From: Vicugna vicugna
Taxonomy: Eukaryota
Direction: 5' to 3'
Length of the DNA stretch: 64,000 nt
Assembly (NCBI GenBank): GCA_013265495.1
Contig: MU057947.1
Span: 878,048 to 942,047 of the forward strand
The number at the start of each line of letters is the position of its first letter. The first letter of the stretch is position 1. The notes under the pieces were generated by a model, which was not told where the DNA came from, did no database searches, and saw only the letters and a list, made by a program, of their open reading frames with translations. Made by a program: the position numbers and the translations under genes. This document shows, in pieces, positions 1-13,080 of the stretch.

Positions 1-1811
1 CCCCTTGTCATCTTCCCTTGGGAATCATTTTCAGTGTGAGCCAGCATGAAACCATTTAAGCAAATATGCAGTATTTTAAGATATAAAATTACCCATGTTT
101 TTCGTTGCAGCTCATGTGTGTTAGATGTTATGGCCAGGACCCAAGACAGATAGGCACACACACAGAAAAGTTGGAGGATATGTCCTGGTCACACTGCAAC
201 TCCAGCCCTAGTGCCAGACTCCAGAGCTCTGGTCTTCACAAGGTGCCACCACGTGTAGCTTCAGAGGCAAAGGGGGCTGGATTCCAGTATCTTGAATTCA
301 CTTTGCAAATGTGGAGCATTGAAACGGCCTTTGCTCAATCAGCATGGCCAGATGGGCTGTGGAATGACATGGAAGAGGCTGAGGGGATAAATTCCATCCT
401 CCAATGATGGCTAGGAGACCCTTCATTGTCCAACCCTCCTCCACACTGTTTCACACCGAGTTCCCACACCACTGCTCTACAGTCTTGCCTGTTCCCTGCG
501 CCCCCGAAGGCTGCCATCGCTGGGCTTCTGTCTCCAAATGTGCCTGTGAGCCTCCGCTGCCCCGAAGTGCCTGCTGCACCTCTCTCTTCCTGAGCTGCTG
601 CTACAGAATGGAGCCTGGACCTCCCCTTGGTGGTCCCGCAGGGGAGATACAGATAGACAGTTCAGGAATGAGAGACGGATGAAGAGCATTTGGCCACGGA
701 GGTCATGATTCTGGCGTCGGGGGCCTGGGAGAGGAATGGCGTTGGTTAGGTGGGTGCCTGGGGGTAAAGACCTGATCTGATGGGATGGTTGGAGGAAGCC
801 CATCATTTTTATGGGCAAGAGAAACTCAGACAGCTCAGCCATTGACAGGCCTCATTAACCCACAGCCTCGTTTTCACGTACAAGTAACAGCACAGAGGTC
901 TCCTTAAGTAGAAATGATCAACTACTTTTTCTGCACCTGACTTACCTGTATACAGTCATTGCTGCCCCCTTCACTGCCCTCCCTTCTCCCTCAAATATTC
1001 TTTGGGCTGGGCGAGGCTGTGTGTGCGGTGGTGAGCAAGGCCCTGCCCGCATGCAGCTGGAGGTTCAGTGTGACAATTAGACAAGTGAGAGTGTGACAGG
1101 AAACAGCTTGGTGATGTTTGCATCGGGATAGCCTTCCATAGATCTGACAGTTAAACCCAATTCTCCCAGGCACATAAAAATCAATGTCCATTTCATCTGT
1201 CCTGGTCCACGTATGTGTGTTTTGTCACTGGCCACTGTACCTAGAAACGCAAATCCACAAACGTCAATATTCAAACCTGTTCCAATATTTACTTTAATCT
1301 CTTCACCCATAACAAGCAATGTGCCTTATGGCTACTGCTAACCAGCCGGCATGGCAAGTGGGAGACAAGGCGGAGACTTAAATGTACCCAAATAGTACGA
1401 GCTAGTCCAAGGGCATGGGGGGTGCAGGGGCTCTGTCCCCAAAACTTTGCAGAAGTGAAACTCAGCCACCCAACCCAGAAGTCAGAACTTGATCCTGGCT
1501 GTTTTCGGAGCACCAATCGTTTCAGGGATTGTTTGTTTCATTTGCAGGTGTGACACGTGTCTTCACGCGGATTTCCCCCGAGAGAAACTCCTGAAGCCAG
1601 GGCCCACCTGTTCCATCATCTGGTTTATTAGTTCTTAGCACAGAGCTGGGGAGACATGGGGACTCAGTAAATCCTTCCTCAGTTAATACTGATGTGATTC
1701 CATTGTAGAGACTTTGTATTGTGGAAAGATTCAAACGCACACATATCTTAATAGAACGGGAAGACAGAAACTACTCTCAGAACATTGTCCACTCCTCTTC
1801 CTTTCTTACAG

Positions 1812-1870
1812 GGGAAAATACGTTAATTAAAAAGGCAGCTGCCTTGGTCAAAGATGCTGTGATGCTTTGA
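1812..1870 (+). CDS. Candidate terminal coding exon of an unidentified gene, (R/G/W)ENTLIKKAAALVKDAVML*
   Basis: Strong acceptor 'ctcctcttcctttcttacag' ends at 1811. Two frames stop within 6 codons; the third gives an amphipathic-looking 18-aa peptide ending at TGA 1868-1870. Poly(A) signals lie about 0.9-1 kb downstream. Protein not recognised. Confidence 0.4.
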
Positions 1871-2721
1871 GACATCTTTGCCCTTGCCTCTCACTGGAGT
1901 GACCCAGGCAAGGGTGACAAAGAAGACAACCCACTGTCTGTATAGGACCACCAGGAAAAGGACCCCTTGTGAGCATTGGGGTGGGGGGAGTGAGGACCCT
2001 CGGGGCTGAGTCCCGCCTGGGCCGCGGTGAGCAGCTAGCTGCCCGCAGGACACTAAGCCAGCCAGGGATGACAGGAACTGCTTTCCAGTGCACTTCCTTC
2101 TGGGATGTTGGTTTTGGGATGAGACCCGCTTCTCCAAACTGGGGAGATGGACCTTGGGCTCTTGGGGCAGACCTCCCCAGGAGACTGAAGTCAACTGTGA
2201 AGACCATTTTCAAGGTGTAAAGGGAGGCAATACACCCCTTACCAAGACATCTCTGCTCCCCCAGCTCCACTGTTGGGGTTGAAGGGAACATAACATGATT
2301 CTGTCTAATTGTCATTCTTGGGGGAAATCCCAGGGTGGGAGGTGAAGTTTCCAATGAAAGGTGTGGGGACAGCAGAGCGGTCCCTCACTAACTGTCCCGA
2401 CTCCCCCAGCTCTGGGGCCACTGGAGATGCAGCTGTGGGGTGAGGGGTCCCACTCAGGTGCTGGAATGTGACAGCTGGAGGAAGAACGTGACAGCTGGCC
2501 TCCCAGGGACTGAGCAAGTCTGAGTCACAGACCAGTGGCAGGATCCCATCAAGCGGACCGAGAACGGTCCCCATCTGCCTCGTCATGGAACGAAGGAGTG
2601 GCACACAAGCGTGGGGACACTTGAGAGCTTGGGGCTGGCGGGGCAGCCGGGCTGGCCTTGGCGGGGCCGGAGCGTCAGGGTGGGGTGCTAATTAGGGGGA
2701 CCATGAGAAGAGTCTCCTCTC

Positions 2722-2900
2722 AATAAAACTCAGGGTCCCCACTGCACGTGTTCTAGAACAGGGCCACAGCCAAGGAGCGGCATAAGAACGAGGAGACTCC
2801 TGAATGTGATCACAGCAAATGTAAACCTGCTAAAGAATATTTTCTCTGCGGACATTAAATCCATTTTGCTTGTTTACCAAGTGTATCTCTGCAATGTCTT
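2722..2900 (+). terminator. Candidate polyadenylation region
   Basis: AATAAA at 2722-2727. ATTAAA at 2854-2859 is followed by T/GT-rich sequence (ttttgcttgtttacca agtgtatctctgcaatgtctttt). Confidence 0.35.
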
Positions 2901-3102
2901 TTCATACCACGAATTCTACTAAAAAGAAAATAAGCCATTAAGAAAATGTAAATCATGTACTACTTGTATTTAATTTTTAAACTATCAGAAGACTTTCTAA
3001 CAAATTCTTTCCAGTCCTGTGTTCTCATCTCTGACAAGACTGACAGGCATGGGATACTATGGAAGTCAGTTCCTCACCGGGCTGGTAATGGCACAGCCCT
3101 GG

Positions 3103-3698
3103 TGTAGGGGCAGAAGTCTAGAGAGGTCCCAGAGGTTTCAGTCCTCTGGTAATCCAGGTACTGCTGGGAAGAGACTTTGCAGACGGAATTAAGATTCCTA
3201 ATCAGCTGACTTTGGGAGATTATCCTGGACTCTCAGGGTGTAATCACATGAGCCCTTAAGAGCAGATGGGGAAGGAAGCAAGCCAGCGGGATGCAGCAGG
3301 AAGGGAGCCAGAGGAGAGACGAGGCAGAAGAAAGTCCAGAGAGAGTCAAAGAATGAACTAACTGGGTCTGCTATTGTCGGAGGGGCCACATGGAAAGCAG
3401 GAAGCGGGCACAGGCAGCTTCTGAGCAAAGCTGACCCCAGCTGACAGCCAGCAAGGAAACAGGACTTCAGTCCTACAATCCCAGGAACTGAATTTAGCCC
3501 CAAATCAGAAATATCTTGGATGAGGACCCCAGGTTCCAGATGAGAACACAGCCAGGCTGACAGCTTCATTTAGCCTTATGAGATCCCAGCAGAGGACCCA
3601 GTCGAGCCTACCCAGGCATCTGACCTGCAGAATTGTGAGACAGTAAGTAGGGTTGTCCAGATTTGTTGTGATTTGTTACAGCAACAACAATGAATACA
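3103..3698 (+). mobile_element. MaLR solo LTR (MLT1D/E-like)
   Basis: TG start, 'gactttgcagacggaattaag', 'gggagattatcctgga', 'cagtcctacaa', and typical end 'gatttgttacagcaacaacaatgaataca'. Confidence 0.85.
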
Positions 3699-3730
3699 CC
3701 CACCTTTGAAGGTGGATGCTCGTCACACAG

Positions 3731-4000
3731 TGTATCAGTTAGTGGTTGCCATGGTAATGCTGCTAACAAACCTTCCCCAACTCAGCATCTTAAACAATAG
3801 CCACGCTCCTCACACATGTCCCTGTAGGCAGCTGGGGCAGCTCTGCTGATGTCAGCCCAGCTAGTTGGTTCAGGCCAGGTGTGGCTTCACCACATGGGGC
3901 AGGAGCAGTGGACTCTCCCAGCAACTCTGGGGATGGGCTGCCTTGTTCTCTGTGGGCTCCCTGTTCTCTGTGGCCACAGGCTAGTGTAGATCTGTTCTGA
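3731..4000 (-). mobile_element. Old MLT1 LTR fragment
   Basis: 'tgtatcagttag...gctgctaacaaaccttccccaactcagcatcttaaacaa' is the reverse complement of an MLT1 3' end. Confidence 0.65.
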
Positions 4001-4289
4001 GGCGTGGAGGCCAGGTGGACATCACCAGCACCAAGGAAGAAGGCTAACCCAGCCTCCCAGCCACAGAGTGTGGGGAGATGCACATCATCCCCACTGGGAT
4101 GCCACAGGTGACGGGGAGGTGGTGACGCAAACCATGGGAAGGAAGATGCAAACCACAGACACAGGGCTGAATATAAGGTTGCACTCGGATTTTCTGCTGC
4201 ATGGAGGATCAGCACCCCTAATCCCTGTGGTGCTCAAAGGTCAACTGTACTCTTCTCTATTGTTCCTGCTAAGTACAGCCCAAAACTTG

Positions 4290-5965
4290 GGATCTTACAT
4301 GTAAAACAAATATGAAAAGATGTAAAAGATGCAAAGAGAAGAAAGACCATCTGGAGATCTTGAGACCCAGGGAGCCACATAGTGGTGATTTTCTTTGGTT
4401 TTCTTTTTGCCTCATATATCTCAGACTTGGAGCTGAAGTTATTGGCGGTCCATAAATGCCAATGGTGCGGACTTTTTAAGATGCTGATCCCTCTAACTAA
4501 AGGACTGGGAAAGGGGCAGCCTAGTAAGGCAGAGAACTTTTGGACAATCACTGCTCTATTCCAGCCAAATACCATGGAAAGCTGTGCCCATCTCACCCAC
4601 ACCAGCAAGGGCCAAGTGGGGAGCCTAAACTCTCACCCTCAAGAAGCTGTAAGAAGACACCTCAATGGAATGGTGTCAGAAGAGGTTCCCAGTAGGAACA
4701 AGGCCCATCCCCATGTGGAGGCCGTGTAGAGAGCAGTATGAGGCACTTCTAACCCTCTGAGCTAGGAAGTATCAGTGGGCAGCCAGAACTCCTACCTCCA
4801 CCTGGAAGCAATGAGTGCCACTGGAGGCTGGGAGGTAAACCTGGACATCCAGCCCCGACCTGGCAGTAATGAGGTGTGATACCTTCCTCTTCTGTTGCCA
4901 GAGCAGTGTCTGAGGAAGCCGACCAAAACAGAAAATTTAAAAAAGATTCAGAGTCTTATGACATAATAACCAAAATGTCCAGGTTTCAATCGAAAATCAC
5001 TTGTCATACTAAGAACCAGGAATATCTCAAGCTGAATGAAAAGAGACAATCAATAGTTGCCAACACTGAGATGAGATGCTATAATTATCTGACAGGGATG
5101 TACAGTAGCCATCATAAGAGTGCTTCAATAAGCAATTACAAATATGCTTGAAACAAATGAAAAAATGGAAACTATCAGAAAAGAAATCAAAGGTTTTAGA
5201 AAAGAAATTGAAGATACAAAGAACCAAATGAAACTTATTGACATGAAAATATGGTAACTGAAATTTAAACCTCAATTGATGAGCTCGATAGCATAATTGA
5301 GGAGCCAGATGAAAGACTCAGTAAGCTAAATCAAAACAACAAAGGAAACAGATTTTAAGAAATAAACAGCCTCGGGAACATGTGGAATTATAAATAAAGG
5401 TCTAACGTTTGTGTTACTGGAGTCCCCAAGATGAAGAGAATGAGGACAGAGTTGGAAAAGCACTTGGCAAAAGACATAAACTTACAGATTCAACAAAATG
5501 AGTGAACTCCAAACAGGATAAACCCAAGGAGATACACACCAAGACACATGACCGTCAAACCTCTGAAAACTCAAACAAAGAGAAGCACACTGAAAGCAGT
5601 GAGAGAAAGACACCTTACCTACAGGGGAAAAGTAAATTTTAATGACAATGGATTTCTCATCAGAAACCATACAAGCCAGAATGCAATGGCAAAAAAATTA
5701 TTTTAAGTGTTGAAAGAAAAGAACTGTCAATCCAGAATCCTATATTCAGAAAAAAATGTCCTTCAGGAATAAAAGGGAGATCAAGACATTCTCAGATGAA
5801 AGACACTAAGAGAATGTCTTGCCTTATACTTACCCCCAAAAATGATTAAGGGAAGTTCTCTAAATGAGAAAGAAACAGTAAGAGAAGGAACTTTGGAGCA
5901 TACAAAGAGATAAACATAAAAACACAATAGTTCACTCAAAATGGAATTCTAAAAAGTGTTCAAGT
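4290..5965 (+). mobile_element. Old L1M element, 5' region and decayed ORF1
   Basis: ORF1-like motifs 'gatttctcatcagaaaccatacaagccaga' and 'gaaagaaaagaactgtcaatccagaatcctatattcag'; many stop codons. Confidence 0.85.
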
Positions 5966-8698
5966 CCCAACAAACAAAAGTCCAAATCCAGACAGCTTCA
6001 CAAGTGAATTCTACAAAACACTTAAAGAAGAGCTGACACCTATCCTTCTCAAACTGTCCCAAAAAATTGAAGAGAAAGGAATGCTTCTGAACTCATTCTA
6101 CAAGGCCAGCATCACTCTGATACCAAAACCAAAGATACCACACAAAAAAAGAGAAAATTATAGTCTATTATCACTGATTAACATAGATGCAAAAAGCCTC
6201 AACAAAACAGAAGTAGCAAACTGAATTCAACTACACATTGAAAGGATCACATACCTTAATCAAGTAGGATTTGTCCCAGGGATACAAAGAAGGTTCAATA
6301 TCCAAAAAGCAATCAGTGTGATACCACGTTAACAAGTTGAAGAATGAAAATCATTAGTTATCTCAATGGATGCAGGAAAAGCTTTTGACACAATTCAACA
6401 TTCACTTAGGATAAAAAGTGGGCATAGAGGTAACATACCTCAACATAAAAAAGGCCATAGATGACAAACCTACAGCCAAAATCATACTCAACAGGAAAAG
6501 CTGAAAGCACTTCCTCAAAGTTCAAGAACAAGACAAGTATGCCCACTTGTACCACTTTTTTTTAACACAGTATTGGAAATCCTAGCCACAGCAATCAGGT
6601 AAGGGAAAAAAAGAAATACAAATTTCAGGAAAGAAGCAAAACTGTCCCTGTTTGCAGATGACATGATAGTATGTATTGAAAATCCTAAAGCCACTACCAA
6701 AAAATATTTAGAATTAATAAATGAATTCAGCAAAGTTGCAGGATACAAAATTAAGACACAGAAATCTGTTGCATTTTCACATGCTAATAACAAACCATCC
6801 GAAGGAGAAATTAAGAAACAATCCCATTTATACTTGCATCAAAAAGAATAAAATACCTAGGAATAAATCTAACTAAAGAGGTAAAATTCTCTGAAAACTA
6901 TAAGACATTGACGAAAAAAAGATGAAGATGACACAAACAAATGGGAAGATATACCATGCCCATGGACTGGAAGAATTAATGTTGTTAAAATGACCATGCT
7001 ACCAAAGGCAATCTACAAATTCAATGCAATCTCTATCAAAATGGCATTTTTCACAGAAGTAGAACAAATAATTCTAAAATTTATGTGAAAACATAATAGA
7101 CCCTGTATAGTCAAAGCAATCTTGAGAAAAAAGAACAAAGCTGGAGGTATCATACTACCTTCCTGATTTCAAACTATATTGCAAAACTACAGTACTCAAA
7201 ACAGTATGACTGACACAAATCCATATAGATCAATGATACAGAATACAGAGCCCAGAAATAAACCCACACAATTATGGTCAAGTAACCTAAGACAAAGGGG
7301 GCAAGAATACACAATGGAGAAAAGACAGCATCTTCAATAAATGGTGTTGGAAAACCTGGACAGCTACACACAAAAGACTCAAACTGGACTGTATTCTTAT
7401 ACCACATACAAAAACAAACTCAAAATAGATTAAAGACTTAAATGTAAGACCTGAAACCATCAAACTCCTAGAAGAAAACACAGACAGTATGCTCTTTGAC
7501 ATGGGTCTTAGCAATACTTTTTGGGATCTTTCTCTTCAGGCAAGGGAAACAAATGCAAAATAAACAAATGAAACTAAAGTAAAAAGCTCTTTCACAGTGA
7601 AGGAAACAACAAAACAAAAAGGCAGCCTACTGAATGACAGAAATATTTGCAAATGATAGATGCAATAAGGGGTTAATATCCAAAATTACAAAGAATTCAT
7701 ACAATTAAACATCAAAAAACACAACCTGACTAAAACATGGGCAGAGGATCTGAATAGACATTTTCCCAAAGACATAGAGATGGCCAACCAACACATAAAA
7801 AGATATTCAACATCACTAATTATCACAGAAATGTGAATCAAAACCACCTTGAGATACCACCTCCCACCTGTCAGAATGGCTGTTGTTAAAAAGAAAACAA
7901 ATGGCAAGTTTTGGTGAGGATGTGGAGAAAAGGGAACCCTTCTGCATTGTTGGTGGAAATGTTAACTGGTGCAACCATTATGGAAAACAGTACGGGGGTT
8001 CCTCAAAAAAACAAAAATAGGACTACCATATAGTCCACAATTTCACTTCTGGATATTTATCAGAAGAAAATGAAAACATTACTTTGAAAAGATATGTGCA
8101 CTCCAATGTTCACTGTAGCATTATTTATTACAGCCAAGATATGGAAGTAACATAAGTGTCCACTGAAAGATGAATGGACAAAGAAGATGGATATATACAC
8201 AATGGAATATTAGGAATATTGCTCATTCATAAAAAAGTGAAATCTTGCCATTTGCAACAACATGGATGGATCTAGAGGATATTGTCCTAAGTGAAATAAG
8301 TCAGACAGAGAAAGACAAATACCGTATGATCTCATTTACACATGGAATCTAGAAAACAAAAGGAAAGCAGAATCGTAGATACAGAGAACAAACAGGTGAC
8401 TGCCAGAGGGGAGGGAAGTGCGGAGCGCAAAACAGGTGAAGGGTGTCAAAAGGTGCAAACTTCCAGTTATAAAATAAATAAGCCACAGGGATATAATAAA
8501 CAGCATAAGTAAATATAGTCAATAATATTTTAGTAAATTTGTATGAGGACAGAAGGTTACTAGACTTATTGTGGTCATCATTTCATAATGTATGCAAGTG
8601 TCAAATCACTATGTAGTAAATCTAAAACTAACATTATATTGTACATCAACTGTATTTCAATAAAATATAAAAAATTAAAATTAACTAACCTATTAATT
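5966..8698 (+). mobile_element. 5'-truncated L1 (ORF2 RT region to 3'UTR) nested in the older L1
   Basis: Decayed RT sequence ('ctgtttgcagatgacatgata' = LFADDMI), 3'UTR with AATAAA and A-rich tail. TSD aaaagtgttcaagt (5952-5965) / aaaagtgtttaagt (8699-8712). Confidence 0.95.
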
Positions 8699-9940
8699 AA
8701 AAGTGTTTAAGTAACCCACAGGAAGATAGAAAAAATAAAAAGCAGAGGGAATAAACTGAAAACAAAATTAAAATGGCAAACTTAAGCCCTGATATATCAA
8801 AAATGACATTAAATGTAAATGGTCTAAATACACCAGTAAAAAGGCAGAGATTGGCACATTAAAAAACATGACTCGACAATATGCTGTCTACATGAAACTC
8901 ACTTCAAATACAATGATATAGGTAGATTGAAAGTAGAAGGATGGGAAAAAGATAGATTGTGTGAAAATTAATCAAAAAGAAAGCAGGACTGCCTATATTA
9001 ATATCAGATAAAGTATATTTCAGAGCAAAGAAAATCACCAGAGATAAAGAGGGACATTATATAGTGATAAAAGAAGACACAGCAACTGATGAAAGAAGAC
9101 ACAGTAATGATGGATGTGTCTGCACCAAAGAAACATCTGCGAAACATGTAAAGCAAAGACTGATAAAAACTGAAAGGAGAAATAGGCAAATCTATAATTG
9201 CACTTGGAGAGTTTCTCAATGATTAATAGGGCACTTCAACAGAAAATGAGCAAAGGTGATTTTGGACATGGAAGAACTCAACTACACCACCAATCAACAA
9301 TTCAATCCAATTAGGATCTAATTGACATTTATAGAACATTCCATTCAACAATGGCATTATACACATTCTTTTCAAGTATCCATGAAACATATACCAATAG
9401 AGACCCCATATTCTGGAACATAAGACAGAGCTCAACAAATTTAAAGGAACCAAAAACCTATGGTGTTTTGCCTGACCACAAATGAATGAAACTAATATTC
9501 AGTAAGAAAATAATCTTCCAACACTTGGAAACTAAACAATGCACTTCTAAATAATCTCATGAGCCAAATAATGTTTTCAGTGAAATTTTAAAAGTAATGC
9601 ATTGACCTAAATGAAAATGAAAAAAAATATTGTCTTAAAATGTGTGGAACACAGCTAAAGCATTGCTCGGGAAAATATGCATAGCATTAAATGCACACAT
9701 TAGGAAAGATGCTGGACCAAGCGGACATTCACGGGCAACTGCGAACGGAGGTCTCACATCTCATACAAAAGTGAATTCAAAATGGATCCTGGACTTAGAG
9801 TAAGATGGAAACCTACAAAACTTCTAGAAATAAACATGGGAGGAAATCTTGGAGATCTAGGGTAGTAAAAACATTCTTAGACTTGTCACAAAAGAACAAC
9901 CCATAAATAGAAAAAAATAGGTAAACTGGATTTTTTATAT
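8699..9940 (+). mobile_element. Old L1M resumed: ORF2 endonuclease region, then an internal deletion
   Basis: 'acattaaatgtaaatggtctaaatacacca' (TLNVNGLNTP) and 'ttaatatcagataaagta'; jumps to late ORF2 near 9710. Confidence 0.9.
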
Positions 9941-10016
9941 ATGTTGGGAAAGGCAGTCTCTTACTTGTAGTCTTTCAACTCCCCGGCCCACTTGGCCACA
10001 TAAGAATGGGCCTCGG

Positions 10017-11312
10017 CAACAGGCACATGAAAAAATGCTTGGTATTGCTAATTATCAGAGAAATGCAAATCAAAACTACAATAAAGTATCACCTCACACC
10101 AGCCAGAATGGCCATCATCAAAAAATCTACAAATAATAAATGCTGGAGCAGAAGTGAAGAAAAGGGAACCCTCCTACACTGCTGGTGGGAATGTATTTTG
10201 GTGCAGCCGTTGTGGAAAACAGAATGGAGATTCTTCAAAAAAACTAAAAATAGACCTACCATACGATCCAGCAGTCCCACTCCTGGGCAGGTACCCAGAG
10301 GGAACTCTAATTCAAAAAGATACACACACCCCAGTGTTCATAGCAGCACTGTTTACAACAGCCAAGACATGGAAACAACCCAAATGCCCATCAACAGATG
10401 ACTGGATAATAAAGATGTGGTGTGTATACACACACACACACACACACACACATACACATACATACATATACATACACTACTCAGCCATAACAGGAATAAA
10501 ATAATGCCATTTGCTGCAACATGGAGATCGTCATTCTGAGTGAAGTAAGCCAGAAAGAGAAAGAAAAATACCATATGTTATCACTTATATATGGAAATTA
10601 GAAAAAAAAAGAAAAAAGGACACTATAAACTCATGTACAAAACAGAAACAGACTTGCAGACATAGTAAACAATCTTAAGGCTACCAGGGAGAGGGGGTAG
10701 GAAAGGATAAATTTGGGAGTTTGAGATTACAAATGTTAGCCACTATATATAAAAATAGATTTTTTTAAGTTTCTTTTGTATAGCACAGAGAACTATGTTC
10801 AATATCTTGTATATTATCCTTTAATTGAAAAGAATATGAAAACGCATAAATGTATGTATATGCATGACTGGGGCATTGTGCTGTGCACCAGAAATTGACA
10901 CATTGTAACTGACTGTGCTTACTGAGTGAAGTAAGCCAGAAAGAGAAAGAAAAATACCATATGATATCGCTTATATGTGGAATCAAAAAAAAAAGACACA
11001 AAAGAACTTCTTTACAAAACAGAAATAGACTCACAGACATAGAAAACAAACTTACGGTTACCAAGGGTGAAAGGGCGTGGGAAAAGATAAATTGGGAGTT
11101 CGAGATTTGCAGATACTAACTAGTACATATAAAATAGATAAACAACAAGTTTCTTCTCTATAGCACGGAACTATACGCAATAGACTGTAGTAACCTTAAT
11201 GAAAAAGAATATGAAAACGAATATATATGTGTTCATGTATGACTGAAGCGTTATGCAGAACACCAGAAATTGACACAATAGTGTAAACTGATTATACTTC
11301 AATTTTTTTTTA
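10017..11312 (+). mobile_element. Lineage-specific L1 3' end with two tandem 3'UTRs
   Basis: ORF2 C-terminus ([19 protein letters not shown]). 'ctgagtgaagtaagccagaaagagaaagaaaaataccatatg' occurs at about 10536 and 10922. TSD 10005-10016 / 11313-11324. Confidence 0.9.
10428..10477. repeat. (CA)n/(CATA)n microsatellite inside L1
   Basis: Seen directly. Confidence 0.95.
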
Positions 11313-11749
11313 AATGGGCCTTGGACCTGGAACACTTCCTCATCAAGAGACAAAGGGCCTGCACAACCTTGCCGGACTTGCCACCCTGTGTTTCGGACTC
11401 AGTGTGTGCTCCTGTGTTCTGCTTAGCTACCTGGCCAGCCCCACTGTGGTACTGTCCCCTGCAGGGAGGGGACAGGGCCCTTCCGATGCAGCACAAGAGG
11501 GCTGCGTGCAGCCAGTGGCCCTGCATCTGCTGCCGGGAGGCGCCTGCTGGTGTGGGACCGACACCCGCTCCTTAAGCAGATCCGGCTGAGTCTCTTTGTG
11601 TCAGAAAAACGCTGTTCCGTGCAGGGCTCATCTGTGCTGTGTCATCCTTGGTGCCTCTAAGATCAGGATGCACTGGGCAGAGGTGCTCAGACTTCTCCTC
11701 CTGGTGGCAGTGCCACTTGCTGGACAAAATGTTTTAAAACTTGGTTTAA

Positions 11750-11852
11750 GCACTCACCTATTGAAACATCTGTGCTGTTTCCTGGTTTTGGCTATTATGA
11801 GTGACGCTGCTACCAACATCCATGTGCAGGGTTCTGTGTGAGCATGAGTTTC
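11750..11852 (-). mobile_element. Short antisense L1M fragment
   Basis: 'tgtttcctggttttggctattatgagtgacgctgctaccaacatccatgtgcaggg'. Confidence 0.7.
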
Positions 11853-12880
11853 TGCTCTGCAAAAGATCCTGGTAAGAAGAGGAAAAGATAAGTGACAGAC
11901 TAGGAGGAAATATTTGCAGACTGAAAATCTGACAAAGGACTAGTTTCTAGACCACACACAGAACCCTCAAAACTCAACAGTAAAAATGCACACCATCTAA
12001 TGAGAAGATAAACTAAAGCTGTGAAGATACGTTTCACCAAAGAGGGTCTACAGACAGCAAATGGTCCCATGAAAAGATTGCGACCTCATAGTCATTAGAG
12101 AAATGCACATTAAAGCCTCAGCGAGATACCATAATCTCCTATTAGAATGGCCAACGTGACAACCAGTGGCGCACCGAGCGCTGGCGTGCACGCGGGAAAA
12201 CCGGGTCGCTCACATGCGCCGGCGGGAAGGAATCACAGCAGCACGCGGCCGCTGCAGAAGACAGTTGGGTGGTTTCTTTAGAAGCCCAACATGCACGCAC
12301 TCTACAGGTGGCAGTTGCACCCTGGGCATCATCCTGGAGGAAGGGAAGCTGACATCCACACAAATATGGGTACACGAATGTGGGAGCATCTCTGTTCGCT
12401 GTAGCCAAAACCTGGAACAGCTCAGATGACCTTCAGCCCGGGAGCACTTCAGCCCTGCACGCCATACAGACGAAGGGAAGGAGAGACGTGCCGATGCACG
12501 TGCCAGCCTGGATGGATCGATGGCCAGAGCATTCTGCTGAGTGAGAAAACCCCAAAGCTCACACACAGGATGATTCCACGTACACGGCATTCTTGACATG
12601 ACAACTACAGAACTAGATGACACGTCAGTGGTCCCCCACGGTGCGGGCAGGGGAGAAGCGTGGCTGTGAGGGGCACGAGGAGGGCTCCCCGTGCTGGTGG
12701 AAATGCTCTGTGCCCGGCCTCCGTCGCCCCGGGTCTCCTGGCCGTGGCGCTGCACCACCGCTGTGCAAGACGTCGTTGCTGGGGGAACCAGGAAGAGCGG
12801 ACGTGGGGTCTCTCTGGATTATTCTTTACAACTGCATGTGCACCTGCACTGATCTCAACATTAAAAAAGCGAGTTAAAAA
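11853..12880 (+). mobile_element. Old L1 (L1MC/MD-like) ORF2 end and 3'UTR
   Basis: 'acagactaggaggaaatatttgca', 'gtcattagagaaatgcacattaaa', and 3' end 'tctctctggattattctttacaactgcatgtg'. Confidence 0.85.
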
Positions 12881-12954
12881 GCTATAAAGTTCAGTAATGT
12901 TTCCTGAGAACCTGCTGTGGCGCCTTCCAGGTCCCACCAGAGCCCTGCAGGGTG

Positions 12955-13080
12955 TATGTTATTGTCATCTCGTTTTAGATGAGGACCGTGAGGCTTAGCG
13001 AGGACAGGCGGCTCCCCAGGGGCACCGGCTAGTGCTGTGGAAGCTGGGCTTCTGGCACAGGAAGCCGGTCGGACTCTTAG
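12955..13080 (-). mobile_element. MIR SINE remnant
   Basis: Core 'tctcgttttagatgaggaccgtgaggcttagcgagg'. Confidence 0.55.

Larger units (their letters stand above)
9942..11727 (+). mobile_element. ERV-type LTR split by an L1 (halves 9942-10016 and 11313-11727)
   Basis: Non-L1 sequence starting 'tgttgggaaaggcagtctc' and ending about 'cttgctggaca' interrupts the old L1. The halves join across the TSD aatgggcctcgg / aatgggccttgg. Family not assigned. Confidence 0.55.

Noticed and set aside
105..407. 100-aa ORF after an acceptor-like site at 110
   Set aside because: No recognisable homology and no convincing donor; cannot be linked to the 1812 exon.
6000..8300. Functional reverse transcriptase
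   Set aside because: L1 ORF2 with numerous stops and frameshifts; only short ORF fragments remain.
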